A stretch of DNA of 64,000 nucleotides from Lytechinus pictus (GCF_037042905.1 NC_087249.1:49538001-49602000); one strand, 5' to 3'; counted from the stretch's first letter, positions 35,601 to 47,854 are shown. Notes: a model not told the origin generated them from the letters alone. Numbers and translations: made by a program.

Positions 35601-38600
35601 CCTGATCTGAATATAATGAATCAGTCTCTTGAAACAGTTTTGGTTGAAGTGGTTATCCCTGGACAAAGTAATTTTATTGTTGGTGTTGTTTACAGACCAC
35701 CCCAAAGTAGTGTTGAGAATTTTACAGATGAGCTACAAGATCTGCTGTCAAATCCTGTACTTAATAGCAAGAGGGTTTGCTTGTTAGGTGATTTCAATAT
35801 AAACCTTATGCAGTATGGTTCCAGTGCATCAGTGAATAGTTTTTTAGATGCTCTTGCTTCTTTTAATCTTGTCCCGCTTATCAATAGACCTACGCGTGTA
35901 ACCGAAAATACTTCAACATTAATAGACAACATTTTCTCTGTAGTTCAACCGTCAATAAAATCATCTATCTTAATTTCTGATATTTCAGATCACTTTCAGT
36001 AATTGCTTCTTTTCCATTAAGTATAAACAAGGCAAACGCCAAGCGTTGTCTCGCCTGCATATTGCAGTCATGAAGAGAATGCATGTCAAAACTACATGTA
36101 TGCTATATGACTTAGATGGACCTCTGTTACGAGTTTGGCGATCCCACCTCGAAGCTATAGAAAGTTATTGTGTGTACAACACAGCAGTGCCAGTCATGGA
36201 AAGTTCATTGACCTTTGACCTTAATCAAATTCAACTCACATTCGAACTTGACCTGCACCTTCAAGAGATGGACCTCTTGTTTGAATTTGGCAATCCTACC
36301 TCGAAGATATAAAAAGTTATTATGTGTACAATAATGCACAGTGCCAGTCATGGAAAGTTCATTGACCTTTGACCTTAATCAAATTCCACTCACATTTGAA
36401 CTTGGCCTGCACCTTCAAGAGATGGGCCTCTGTTATGAATTTGGCGATCTCACCTCGAAGCTATAGAAAGTTATTGTGTGTACAACACAGCACAGTGCCA
36501 GTCATGGAAAGTTCATTGACCTTTGACCTTATTCAAATTCGACTCCAGTGCCCCAAACTTAGAACTTTGGCCTATTCGCTGCAACCCATAGATGGCGAAC
36601 CATAATTGTGAATCCACCGAATTAATTGCTCCGGGCTAAATAGAGTAACGAAATGATGACGTCAGTTGCCACGGTGTCATGGTGGTCTGGTTCTAAACAA
36701 ATGAACCCGGAGCGTGTTTGTCATATGAGAAAATGGCTGCTAACAGAATTTCACCGCTTGCAACCTCAGAATGATGGTAATTTTTGCAAATACAAATGTG
36801 TATAGAAGATCGTCCGTTGCGACTCTCTTTATAACCAGCCGGTTCGTTGTCATGACAGTGACGTCACACTTCGGTACTCTATTTCGTCTCAGATTTAGGG
36901 TAAGGGTTGCAATATGGTTTTGTTAGGTTTAGGGTAGGGTATAGTGTGAAATCCAGGGTTGAAGTTGGTCATTGGATTAGTGTGTGGAATTTAGAGCGGA
37001 GCAATTGTCGCTGGAGCTTAATATCCGTTCAAACTTCCATAAATATCTAGTTGTAAAAATACGACATAATATGCCATGTAATATGTCTTAACAAGTTCAA
37101 GAGATTTCTGAATAAAGAATGGAGAAAACTGTAAATTATAAGTAAGAAAAATTAACATAATAATAGTAAAAAGCGATTGACTGCTAATTGAATTTAGATA
37201 AATAAATGATAAGTAAACAAAGAGAAATATTTGCATATACTGTACTAGGGTCTACCAAAACAAAAAAGAATACCTCGTAAAACAGTTATTTACAACTAGA
37301 AGATTTAAAGTCCGAAATCTGAAGAAAAAAAAAAAAGATAAAAAATGGAACGCCTCTGGCAGTCTCGCCTGCATTACGCGATTTGATATAGCAGAAGTGC
37401 TGACTTTGAAAGCAGATATTGAATAATTATTCACAAAAGAAAACACTAATATGATAATGAAATATTGTCTATCGACCCAAAATGACATTTGACCATCATC
37501 ATGTGACCTAAGACGTGTGCAAAACAATCATTCATACTTGATCACCCTTATGCCTATCTTTCATGAGCTAGATCCATAAACTTTCTAAGTTATGAATGAT
37601 GCCAATTCAACTAAATAATACTCCCAACACGGCCAGAGTTCATTGACCTTGAATGACCTTTGATCTTGGTTGTGTGATCTGAAACTCGCACATGATATCC
37701 AGGGATACATGGTTGCTCTTATGTCCAAGTTTCATGAACTAGATCTATAAACTTTTAAAGTTATGATGACAATTCCATAAATACCCCCAACATGATCAGA
37801 GTTCGTTGACCCTAAGTGACCTTTTGCCTCTATCATGTGTCCTGAAACTCAGGCAGGATCTTTAGTGATACACCATTACCCTTATGTCTAAGTTTCATGA
37901 ACTAGGTCCATAAACTTTCTTAGTTATGACGACATTTCAAAAACTTGACCTTAGTTAAGATTTCGATATAGATTCCCCCAACATGGTCTAAGTTCATTTA
38001 CCCTAAATGACCTTTGACATTGGTCATGTGACCTGAAGCTCAGGCAGGATGTTAAGTAATACTTGATTACCCTTTTTTTCAAGTTTCATGAACTAGGTTT
38101 ATATACTTTCTAAGTGATGACATTTCAAAAACTTAACATTGGTTAAAATTTCATTCTTAACGACGCCGCCGTCGCCGTCGGAAAAGCGGCACCTATATTC
38201 TCGCTCTGCTATGCAGGCGAGACAAAAATGATTATAGTTACCTAGTACTGGGTTAATGCAAGTAAAAAATTGCCACGGAGAACAATCGGGTACATCACCT
38301 GCCAAAAAAACAAAGAAATCATAAAATTAGAGCAACATAATCTATAGTTCGAGGGTGTAGGCTGGTTTGAGCGTGGGGAAGTGCACATCCTTGGGGGTTG
38401 AACTAGAGCTTGGAAAATCAACTGTAGAAAGCAGAAGAAGGGGTACAAATTTCGTTTTGCTTGACAGTGTCGGAACTCTTCTGCCTCAGCGGGAGGGTGC
38501 ACGTGCACCCCCAGCCTACGCCCTTGTCAGTTCAAACGAAGCTTTTGCCATTTTTATAATCATAATTCTTATTGATGTCAGCTGTTATAAACTGTTCTCC

Positions 38601-41600
38601 CAGTGGTCCCTGCACAAGATGTTATTATCACCTTTTTCATTTTAAAACGTCGAGTGCCTGACAAAAAGGCAGCAAAACTTGAGGCCCCGAGACGGGCGCT
38701 CTACCACTGAGCCATCATGCTCGATCATCTACCAGAATCAATTAATCTTCGAGGCTGTTGCCAACTTTCATTCATTTCACCCCAAAACAGATTTATCTGG
38801 ATAAAAATATCGAGGTAAATGGAAAATGAACGGTGCAGACCCCATCCTTTTTTTCAGATTAATTCGTCAATTCGTCTATCATAATTTGGTCTACCACCAG
38901 TTCGTCTACTATCCACATGGTCTAATTGTTATTAGGTTCACTCACCATTTCGTCTAATTACCATTTGGTCCAATCGCCATTTAGTCCTTGAAACTTTGGG
39001 GGGAAAGATCCTTTGCTCATGCGTGCCCCATATTATGGAACAGACTTCTTGAAGACATCAAACATTGTATCTCTGTTGAGTCTTTCAAAAATGTTCTTAA
39101 AATCTTTCTTTTTACTTCTTAATTTCTTTTATGCGCCTTGATTTGGCGCTTTATAAGTCACATGTATTACTCTTATTATACCATTTGGTCTGGAACATAA
39201 AATGGAAATTAGACCAACCGGTTATGAGACGAAATGGTCGAGCTGGTGATTAGACAAAATGATGATTGGACCAAATGGTTATTAGACCAAATGGTTGTTA
39301 GACGAAATGCTGATTGACGGAATAGCATTAGACTAGAAGGTAGACCATGTGATGAGTGGACGAATTGGCAATTTGCCTTTAAAAGTGACCCTGCCTGAAG
39401 TCTTACTTGGGAGGTTTTCACTCGGCGATGTACTAAGGGTTTAATAACAGAGTAAGTGTATTGTCAAATGCCCTTCCTGACAAAGAACAACCAAGAAGTC
39501 TTTGTCGGAAATTGGGGCAACTTAAGTTCTAGAGCAGACGAAAAATGATGTCGTTCATCAAAGACCAAGGACTAAACCCCTATTTTAATTCACCAATTTT
39601 CGACAAAGACTTCTTCGCTGTGCTTCGTCATGACAGACATTTGACAATACATGTTCTCTGTTCTCGAATCCTCCGTACGTCGCCGAGCAAAAGCTCCCTA
39701 TTCACTTGAGCAGACCAATTCTTTTTGTGGATTAAGACAAAACACTGTATGATTATTATAATCTAAGATGAAATTACCGGGAAAATGCAGGACTTTACAA
39801 CCACACCGAGATGCCAGGAAGCTCCCGACACATTCTATCTTGCACTCCAATCCACCATAGTAGTCGAAATGATTTAGGGTTTTGTTTTCACATTCACCAT
39901 AAACAGGAGGCAAATAAACGTTCTGCAAAAGAAGCAGAAAATATATATTATTGTGGATTATTGTCCGAGTGGAAATCAATCTTACCAATATTATTCTTCA
40001 TATCAATTATTTGTCAGTACTAGTTCTTTATCCCTTTGTTATTTTGCCCCCCCCCCCTCCCCCTTGAGCATCTCTAACGAGATGGATATGGTGCCTATAA
40101 ATTACATATAGGCCCTTTATCATTATTATCATATTGTTTACATGTATACATGCAAAGAATAACACAAAGAAAGTAAGGACTTGTACATCATGTACACATT
40201 TGTATAGACCAACGTGCAGCAAATACAAACTGTTGACATACACAATGTAAATACACCTTTTATTTGTAAATAATTGGATTTAAGTATAAGTTTTCATAAT
40301 TACAATTATCATCACCTTTATAATAATGATAATAATAATAATGATGATGATAATGATGGTAATGAATTATGATAATAATAAAAAAAATAATAAATTATTA
40401 TCATTATTGTACTTATATTACTATTATTTCTATAATTATCATTAATATTATTAATATTATTGATAATAACCCTCACCTCCTCGAGATCTAGTCCAACCAA
40501 TGTCGAAGTCCCAGGAGCTACTGAAAACCCTATATCTTCCATGAAAGGCTGGGTTCCGCGAGGGTATACTGCAACATGCAGTCCCGCTGCCATGTAAGAC
40601 CATGGGTCGTAGAAATATTCATCCTGATGGATATTGACCGATATTAATAACCCAGCTGTTGCCCTGCCTTTAAGAAAAAGAAGAAAATTAGGAAAAATTA
40701 TCCTGTGAACTGGTGAGGAAAGCAAAAATCTCGTGCCATACTTACCGTGTTTACACGCTGCCCCTGCTTGCGGTGCAGACCCGCGAGACGGTGCACACTC
40801 GGCTCGTGGATTATCATGCGTTGCGTTTACACGCTGTCCCAGCTCGCGGGACAAAAATTAAGATCAGTGGATAAAATCATAGAGCTATTACAGATAGCCC
40901 GGGGGGGGGGGCACTCGACCAAAAAAGTAGTAGGTGTGTGTCGCGGGCGAGACAAAAAACGGGGGCCTTGGAGCGGGCTTATTGTAAAAAGGAGGGTCCT
41001 CGGAACGGGCTTCGGAACTACAAATGTTTGTGAAAACGGGGGTCCTTGGAACGGGTCGCCTGCGTGTGAGTGTGTATGCATCCCTATGGAACGTGCATGC
41101 AGCTAGCCCGGCGGTACGGGCGCCGGGTGCGCTAGCGCAGAGGCGATGGTCGGACAGCGGTCTGCGGCCGCTTTTCACCAAAATTGCGGCTCATTGTAGC
41201 AGATCAATACGACCGGAACGGCGTAACGGAAAATATGCGAAGCTTCGGAGCGGATTTCTTTCTTCTTTTTTCTCGATAAGAAGAAAATGCTATGCTTTGG
41301 AGCGGCTTTCTTTAATTGTTCTTTTATCTCAATAAGACAGAAATGCTATGCCTTGGAACGGAAATTTGAGTGTAAAAATGGGGGTCCCCTCCGCGGCACA
41401 TACCCACTATGCATTATATACTGAGTGCCCACCCCCCCCCCCCTCCAGGACAGATAGCTCCATGATAAAATTTACGTCATGAAACGCGCAGTAATTACCG
41501 CGACAGACTTGACTTCGTGTTTACACGGATAAAAATGTCCGTGTCTGCACCGGCTCGCGGGTCTGATCCTACTATTTTGGCGAAGCAAATTTGCCGTGCC

Positions 41601-44600
41601 TGACCCGTGAGCCCGGCGGGGCAATATAATCTCGTTTCCATGCACGCATTAAAAAGGCGAGTCTGTACCACTGAACTGGAAATACGTATGACCAGTTCAG
41701 TGGTCTGCACCGGCTCTCGGATCTGCACCACCAGCCGGTGCAGCGTGTGAACACGGTATATGATCATCGCATTTCATCTTGCACAAGTCGACCTACCATA
41801 ATTCGTTGTAAGCGAAACATGTGCTCTTTACCTATAAGTAGAATTTCACAAAAGTCCAGCAATTTTTTTGTCCCAATAAATTCAACTTTGGCATTTTACT
41901 CTCCTTTCTGTTTCCCATAATTTCCAATTTCCCACTGTTTCTTTTTTATTCTTAAAAAATATATATAGGCCTAAAGGCGCCTTCTGCCCCCTAAGCAACC
42001 CCCAAGAAATAAATATATATATAATACATTGAATAGCTCTCAAAGTAGAAGGGGCACGAGCCTGTTGCCTCCGCCCACCTTGTATTCACCACTGACTTTT
42101 TTATTAATAGGAATAAATGTGATGCAATCACACTATCGATCTTTTTATTCATCAAATAATGAACTTAAACTATCAATTAATTTGATACCTGATTTTTGTA
42201 CTCTTTTCAGCTTTCATTCGTCAGATAAGCAATCAAAATTTACTCAAACATGCGTTACATCTTGAATAAAACAGAACATTAATTGATAAGCGGTGTCTTA
42301 CTAAATATATGGTAAATAAATTGTTCTATTCTAAAAAAAAAATTATTTAACCTGCACCCCGGCCCTGCCAACAAGACAATCAATAGACCGAATGATACCT
42401 GATGCTTCTAACTGGAGACCTTCTAAACCATTATCAGCATCATTGAAGATGAAGCAAGGGCCCCAGTCAGTCATTTTTAACGAGAAGTATTTGGTTGTCG
42501 GATATACGGGGAATCTATTCCAAAAGACCCTGAAATGAAAAAAAATGGGGGAAAAATATTTAAAAACTTTAAAAAAAACTTCGTATAAAAATTCCTTGGT
42601 GAGATCTAAAGTTACTTAAATGACAATAGGAAGTTTACGATTCTACGACGCACGACAAAAAAATTCAAGAACATTGAAAATGTTTTGTCAAACGCCTTTC
42701 ATGACAAAGAACAGCAAAGTAGTCATTGTAGAAAATTCATGAACCAAAAACAGCAATTTCGTCCTGGGCTCTGGACAAACGGAATATTTGTGAGTTTTCC
42801 TCAGCCTTGAAACTTAGGATGTAACTGCTGTTCTGGTTCACCAATTTCTGACAAAGACCTCCCAGCTGTTCATTGTTATTTAACGGACATTTTTAATACA
42901 TTTACTGTGTTCTATAATTCGTTCTGCGTGGCTGTGTGAAAACTCGCTATTCTTGACACATCAGACAAACCTAATTCATGGGTAATCGCAACATAGTTAT
43001 GCCTTTGTATTTTTTCTGGGCAGGACGGGAAAAATGTTCAGAAAATTCCGATTAACATTTTCATTTATTTTTGGCGCCAGAGACTTTTTGATTGATAAAC
43101 TTGGTTTTTTTATGAACAACGGCTTGCGATAAACGCCCCCTCTCCATTCAAGAGTGGGTCGTGTGGTCCAGTGGTTAGAGCATTGGACTCATAATCGCAA
43201 GGTTGTGAGTTCGAATCCCCACTCTGCCATTGTCTCCATTTTGATAAAAAGGCCCAAGATTAATATCTGTCGTCTATAAGCATGTATAAGGTCAGCCACT
43301 ATGACTGATTAACCTAGACGTAAAACATGTAAAATGTTGGTTATATACCAGCTTGCCGTTTACCATGCAGCAAAATGCTGTCCTGCCTATAGTTCCTACA
43401 CGGGAGTTACCATAAACAGAAACGGAAAAAGAGAAGAACATCCCTATACTAAATTCGATCACGATACTCACTCTAGGATAGATTGTTCTAAAATATGTGA
43501 AGTATTGAAGAGCAGATCATTGAAACTACCGGAGGACAGTGTGTCGTAATACTGCGAGACGTTCATCGTGGTCGGATTCACGAAAGTATCAGTCAAAAAT
43601 CTGCCGTATTCTGTTCCATTCACAGCTGATGCCCTGCGAAGATCAATTTATCCAAATTAATGATAGAGTTGTAAACAATATAATCAATCGATTATTGCTA
43701 TTTATTGATATACATGTATATAACGCTTTCTTCATTTTGCACAAAATTATTGTTCATGATCCATTGTGAAGATCGTGATCTTTTGCTAAAAGGGGAATCC
43801 AGCCTTGGTCACAAAATGTCGTGTTCGAAAGGAGAAAGATAAATAAACAGAATAGTGAGAGTTTGGAAGAAATCGGACAAGTATTAAGAAAGTTATGGCT
43901 GCTTTAAAATTGAAATGTAGATATCAAATTGGTAATTGGGTAAGTAAATTATGACAACGGGCAAGGACAACGTTCCCATAGGCCATGTACTTTTTTATCA
44001 GGAATTGTGATTTTCTCCTAAGCACCCATTCCCCTGAGGAAGTAATCTAAATATAACCCAGGTAGTATATTGTTTTATGTCCTCATGAAAGAAAAATATA
44101 ATTTGAAGTAAAACTTTTGAAAAAAAAAGAAGACATTTTATATATTGGAGTACATGGAAGAGTAGCCCTTGCCTTATATTACTATGGCATCGCATATCCG
44201 TCCAATAAAAGTCTCCATGGGTATTATAGTGTTTACCAATGTAACAACCTTTTAAAATTCACAATTTTTTAATTGTTTGTCCAATATTGTTCAAATTTTC
44301 ACGACTCAACTGGTCTGATTTTGCTTTTTCCTCTCCTCTAGAACAGGGGTGTGAGAGTTCAGATTTTTATCTGATTTCAGATTTTTTTTGTTTATATTTT
44401 CAGCTTAATTTCAGCTTATTTTTGGCCTTCCTCTGTCCAAAAAGTATGGGAGCTGTTTCTATTTCAGACTTTTTCAACACTTCAGCTTTTTTCAGATCTT
44501 TTTATTTGTGACCACTCACACCCCTGCTCTAGAAACAAGTTTTTATTTGGATGGGATTCCCCTTCATTTTTTCCATGATCTTCGTGATCTACACATGGAT

Positions 44601-46733
44601 GTATAACTTCCATTTTTTTTTAAATAAAATCATGTCTACCTCACCCTCCCCTTCTCCTTCTCTCTCTCTCTCGCTCTCTCCCACTTTCGTCTCTTTCTCT
44701 CTCCCCTCCACACTTTCTCTTCTTCCCTCACAGATTATTAAATTTTCGTCATTGTTACTTAAATTTGCATAGAATGTGTCATTTGAAATACAGACAATGG
44801 TCAGATTAAAAGCTTATTTCTGAATGTTCACTCTGGGTCTTTAACCTCTGCATTCATCTACATGTATTATGTCCAACGGTTGAGGGCGTCCAACAAGAAT
44901 AAATTATGTCCGGTAAAACGACATTTCTTTCACATTTATGTTTATTGCGAGGAATGTACTTTGGAAAATCATTCCAACATCGCTATGAGCGCGAATGAAT
45001 TGTGAGTAGAGAATGGAATGATTTACTTATTTTAACACGAATATGTTTCTGGTAATTACTCTTAAGACGTTAAAATTTAACAATTAAGAATGAAGAAATC
45101 AAGAATTAATACATTGCAATTTCATTTGCAATCGCATTTAATCATAATGTTGGAAGGATTCATACAGCGCCAAAAACTTTTATTTCTGATTATGTCTAAG
45201 TGCTTTACATTATACTTATTATCACCCCGGTCTTCCGGTCCTGGCACAATCTTGTATGTACTTTCTCCACTCCCTGGGAAGCATTCCCACAAGAGTTCTA
45301 AGATTCCATCGCCAGGCATATACTTAGGCTTTCGCATCACCCCTGTTACCCATTTAACACCTGGGTGAAGAGTGGCAAAGTGTGTATTGACTCCTTGCCG
45401 CGGTGGGATTCGAACACACGCCCCACTTGTTACAAGGCAAGAGTCCGAACCGTTACACCACGACGCTTCCAGTGTTTAATTTGGAAACCCATTTGTAACG
45501 ATTGTTGAATTTTGCCGTTAGGCAAAACACAACGCCATAACCTTACCTGTATCTATTGTAGCTGCATATGGCGACTGAGGGAAATTCTATAGAAGAGACT
45601 TGGTTGATGCTAACATCCACACTCTTGGGATGAGATGCAAAGTGCATTGACCTATCAACAACCTGATATAAACACACACCGAAGCCGCTTAGAACCAATA
45701 ATGTCCACAGAAATCTGGAAAAGAGGAAAATTAAACACAAAATATATATCTTTTCACTTGTTATTTACTGTAACCAGTGATACTAGCTGATACCTGTCGT
45801 CACCAGTTGTGACCGGTTGTCACCAGTTCATACCAATCGTTACCAGTAGTCATCAGATGTATCAGTCGATACCAGTTGAAACCAGTTGTTACAATCTGTT
45901 AAAACCAGGCCATCTAACTTTATTAAATACTTAAAGCGGATGAGGATTTTATAATCATCAGATTAACTCATGAACGAAAGATACGACAAACTGCTACGCT
46001 TTCTCTTCCCGCTTTCTTCAAAACGTTTCTATGAAAGGAGACTTGCATGTGGTTAAAACGTTTCTATGTTCTATTTTTTTGAATTATGCCATGTTATATG
46101 AATAAAACTTCAATGCTCAGAGAAAGGCTGCTCCGCAGTGCGAAATGTTATATAAAGACCGATTATTACCATTTTATCACAATATGATTAACTATGGTGA
46201 TCAAATATTTATCAAAAATTGATCACAATTAAAATCTAAGTTTTTGAAATCACCTCTCATTCTTTGGTGTTTTTTTTTGCGTTTTTAAAAAGACCAGGAG
46301 TCGATTTTTTTACTCATAAAAATGTTGAAAAGGGTCTTTAATAACACGCTTGCGTCCGGTAAGTACAGTAATTGGTCTGAATGTTGATGGGTCTTGTTGG
46401 GACAGCTACATCAAGTTCAGGAAATTCATTTATTAAAATAGACTGATCTTAATGTTCTTACCTGCGCCATCTAACCTCTCCTGCGTTGAATGCATATTTC
46501 AGCCCAGCCAAGCCTACCGAGTCGGGTACAGATTTGAAGACTACGGCTATCCATGAAACTCGGTCCCGGTATTTCGGGTAGTCGAAAGAGGTCGTAACCG
46601 CACCATCGCGTACCGTTCCGGAAACGGTAGTGACCGCGGTCTTGTGCGGCAACTCGTCAGCCTCTTGCGCGCTCTTGACCGTGATTCTTCGCGCGGAACC
46701 GCGATATGTATTCACCGTTTCAAGGTCATCCAT
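32681..46733 (-). CDS. DEG/ENaC (ASIC-like) channel subunit, paralogue C, 492 aa. Exons 46462-46733, 45547-45714, 43472-43633, 42399-42529, 40477-40667, 39778-39922, 38242-38298, 34577-34724, 33497-33588, 32681-32793
   Basis: Ten GT-AG exons sum to 1479 nt in one open frame with the same intron phases as B. Motifs: TM1 RRFLWTLLVLSGFGVCLYQV, FPSVAICSYN, TDWGPCFIFN, GFSVAPGT, LPPVYGEC, CNCTPPC, TM2 CDIGGSLGLWLGGSILTFFEILD. An acceptor-like ttttatag just upstream of the ATG suggests a further 5'UTR exon. Confidence 0.92.
35217..36002 (+). mobile_element. LINE (CR1/L2 group) ORF2 fragment, APE endonuclease domain only
   Basis: Open frame with FHMNIRS, GLSETWL, GGGVALF, VYRPP, LGDFN, RPTR, LIDNIF, ISDHF; stops right after SDH. 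Antisense within an intron of gene C. Confidence 0.9.
36027..36545. repeat. Helentron-like element fragment with ~2.8 tandem copies of a ~153-bp unit
   Basis: gtctcgcctgcat at 36048-36060; units start at 36114, 36266 and 36420 (agatgg...gtgccagtcatggaaagttcattgacctttgacctt). Confidence 0.8.
37346..38223 (-). mobile_element. Helentron-like (HINE/DINE-1-type) non-autonomous element with an internal ~150-180-bp tandem array
   Basis: 13-bp inverted subterminal repeats gtctcgcctgcat (37362-37374) and atgcaggcgagac (38211-38223), adjacent short hairpin, (cgc/cgt) microsatellite, A/T-run flanks, no clear TSD. Confidence 0.75.
38352..38524. mobile_element. Small hAT-like MITE; related copy at ~24648-24836
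   Basis: agggtgtaggc...gcctacgccct termini and shared ttggaaaatcaactgt...ggggtacaaatttcgttttgctt. Confidence 0.7.
38868..39367. mobile_element. Foldback-like element with modular inverted subterminal repeats, interrupted by the L2 tail
   Basis: caattcgtc...gacgaattg termini; left arm repeats (t)tggtcta/ttcgtcta, right arm repeats tagaccaa/tagacgaa. Confidence 0.65.
38988..39180 (+). mobile_element. L2-type LINE 3' end fragment
   Basis: Translates WGERSFAHACPILWNRLLEDIKHCISVESFKNVLK, the typical ORF2 C-terminus, followed by a gcgccttg...ggcgctttataag tail. Confidence 0.75.
39409..39698. mobile_element. Near-palindromic MITE; related copies at ~1790-2020, ~20405-20690 and ~42625-42950
   Basis: gggaggttttcactcggcga...tcgccgagcaaaagctccc with long internal arms gacaaagaac...gtctttgtcg and cgacaaagac. 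Confidence 0.75.
40743..41758. mobile_element. MITE with 19-bp TIRs carrying a nested insertion
   Basis: TACCGTGTTTACACGCTGC ... GCAGCGTGTGAACACGGTA. Confidence 0.75.
40898..41449. mobile_element. Nested non-autonomous DNA transposon with an 8-bp TSD
   Basis: TSD ACAGATAG at 40890-40897 and 41450-41457; termini CCCG(G)nCACTC...GAGTGCCC(C)n..CCAGG. Confidence 0.82.
43156..43400 (+). mobile_element. tRNA-derived SINE
   Basis: A-box TGGTCCAGTGG and B-box AGTTCGAATCC, imperfect cloverleaf stems, continues into non-tRNA body; 3' limit approximate. Confidence 0.7.
43790..44564. mobile_element. Kolobok-type MITE, inverted copy of 18699-19302
   Basis: aggggaatccagccttgg...ggattcccct; internal sequence is the reverse complement of the 18.7 kb copy. 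Confidence 0.8.
44344..44526. mobile_element. hAT-type MITE nested in the Kolobok MITE
   Basis: TIR CAGGGGTGTGAG...CTCACACCCCTG; 8-bp TSD CTCTAGAA at 44336-44343 and 44527-44534. Confidence 0.88.
45160..45470 (-). mobile_element. tRNA-derived SINE
   Basis: Minus strand: gtggtgtaacgg...tgttcgaatccc...cacccaggtgttaaatgggtaac core...ggcgctgtatgaa tail. Confidence 0.8.
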
Positions 46734-47854
46734 GTTCCTGTTCTATAAAAAGGAAAAAAATGATAAACTGGAGATGATGAACAAGGGCATCACCTCTAAC
46801 AAAAAAAAAAGGATAAATAATGAAAGATTCATACATTTTGGGATCCCTGCATTAGAACTTCATTAACAATGTTCAAAGCAGAAGGCGTAAGTATATAGGA
46901 ATTATTTTTTACAGACATAAATAAATCCTTGTTAAGGTCTTAACCCCTAACATATTTGCGGCAGGTGTTGTCAATTTGCTCTGAAGCATATTAAACATCC
47001 ATTTCAAATGCGGTTTGTAAATTTTATCATATAATATTATTACTATTATTGTATTCTTTTATCATTTTACTCTTACTATAATTGCGTCTTTATTATACTT
47101 TACCACCAAGGTAAATTCGGGGCACTTTGCCTTCTTCTCGTTAGTTACTTTATTATATACGTGTATAAGAAACCTTTTATTATTCAATCATCATCCAATG
47201 ATAATTAATACATGCAATATTTTAAATATTTTTTTAAACCGTGAGAATAAAAGTTAGAACTCAATATACTTTTGCAATACTTTCGAAATTAATATTAATC
47301 TAATGCCCATTAACATGTAATTCTCCATCAGGACTTTAATGGCTAAATTATTTTGTTGATGACCAGGGCTTATTTTAGACACCCCAAGATATATAGTGTC
47401 TACATTTTTAATATTTTGTCCCATTTCTCCCTGATAGTCGCACCGATTTTTGTCTCAGTTCAACTCTATTTTCAACTACATGTATATATCTCACAATTAT
47501 AGTTTTTAATGATTATTTTGCATAGAAACTACAACTTGAAAAATACTAAAATACCGTCAAATACCTTATTCTGAGCATATTGTCATTATAGTATTGTTAT
47601 TGTTTAGCATAAACATAAAAGCTTCAGTTTTAAAATGATTGAATATAATAGTGCCGAAACGTGATTCCTATCCCATTTCACATCAGCGTGTCCTTCCTTT
47701 ACCACATAATGAAATAAAATAACAAAATGTTCAAAATTAACTTTAATATACCAACAATCCGCATGATCAGTATAGTATCGTGTAACATTAATGGACGGTC
47801 GTTATGTGCATTTTCAGTTAACCGTTCAGAGGGCTATTGCCATAAATCTTGTTA

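Noticed and set aside
36114-36545. CRISPR-like regular repeats (also the gcgagcgcgaagcgcgagc motifs at 18090-18660)
   Set aside because: The units are whole tandem repeats inside eukaryotic transposons, with no unique spacers and no cas genes.
43156-43228. tRNA-Met(CAT)-like gene
   Set aside because: Acceptor and anticodon stems are mismatched and there is no immediate Pol III terminator; it continues into a repeat body, so it is a SINE head.
14138-46733. Assigning an ASIC1-5 or SCNN1 gene symbol
   Set aside because: Family membership is clear, but orthology cannot be established by eye and key ASIC residues are absent.
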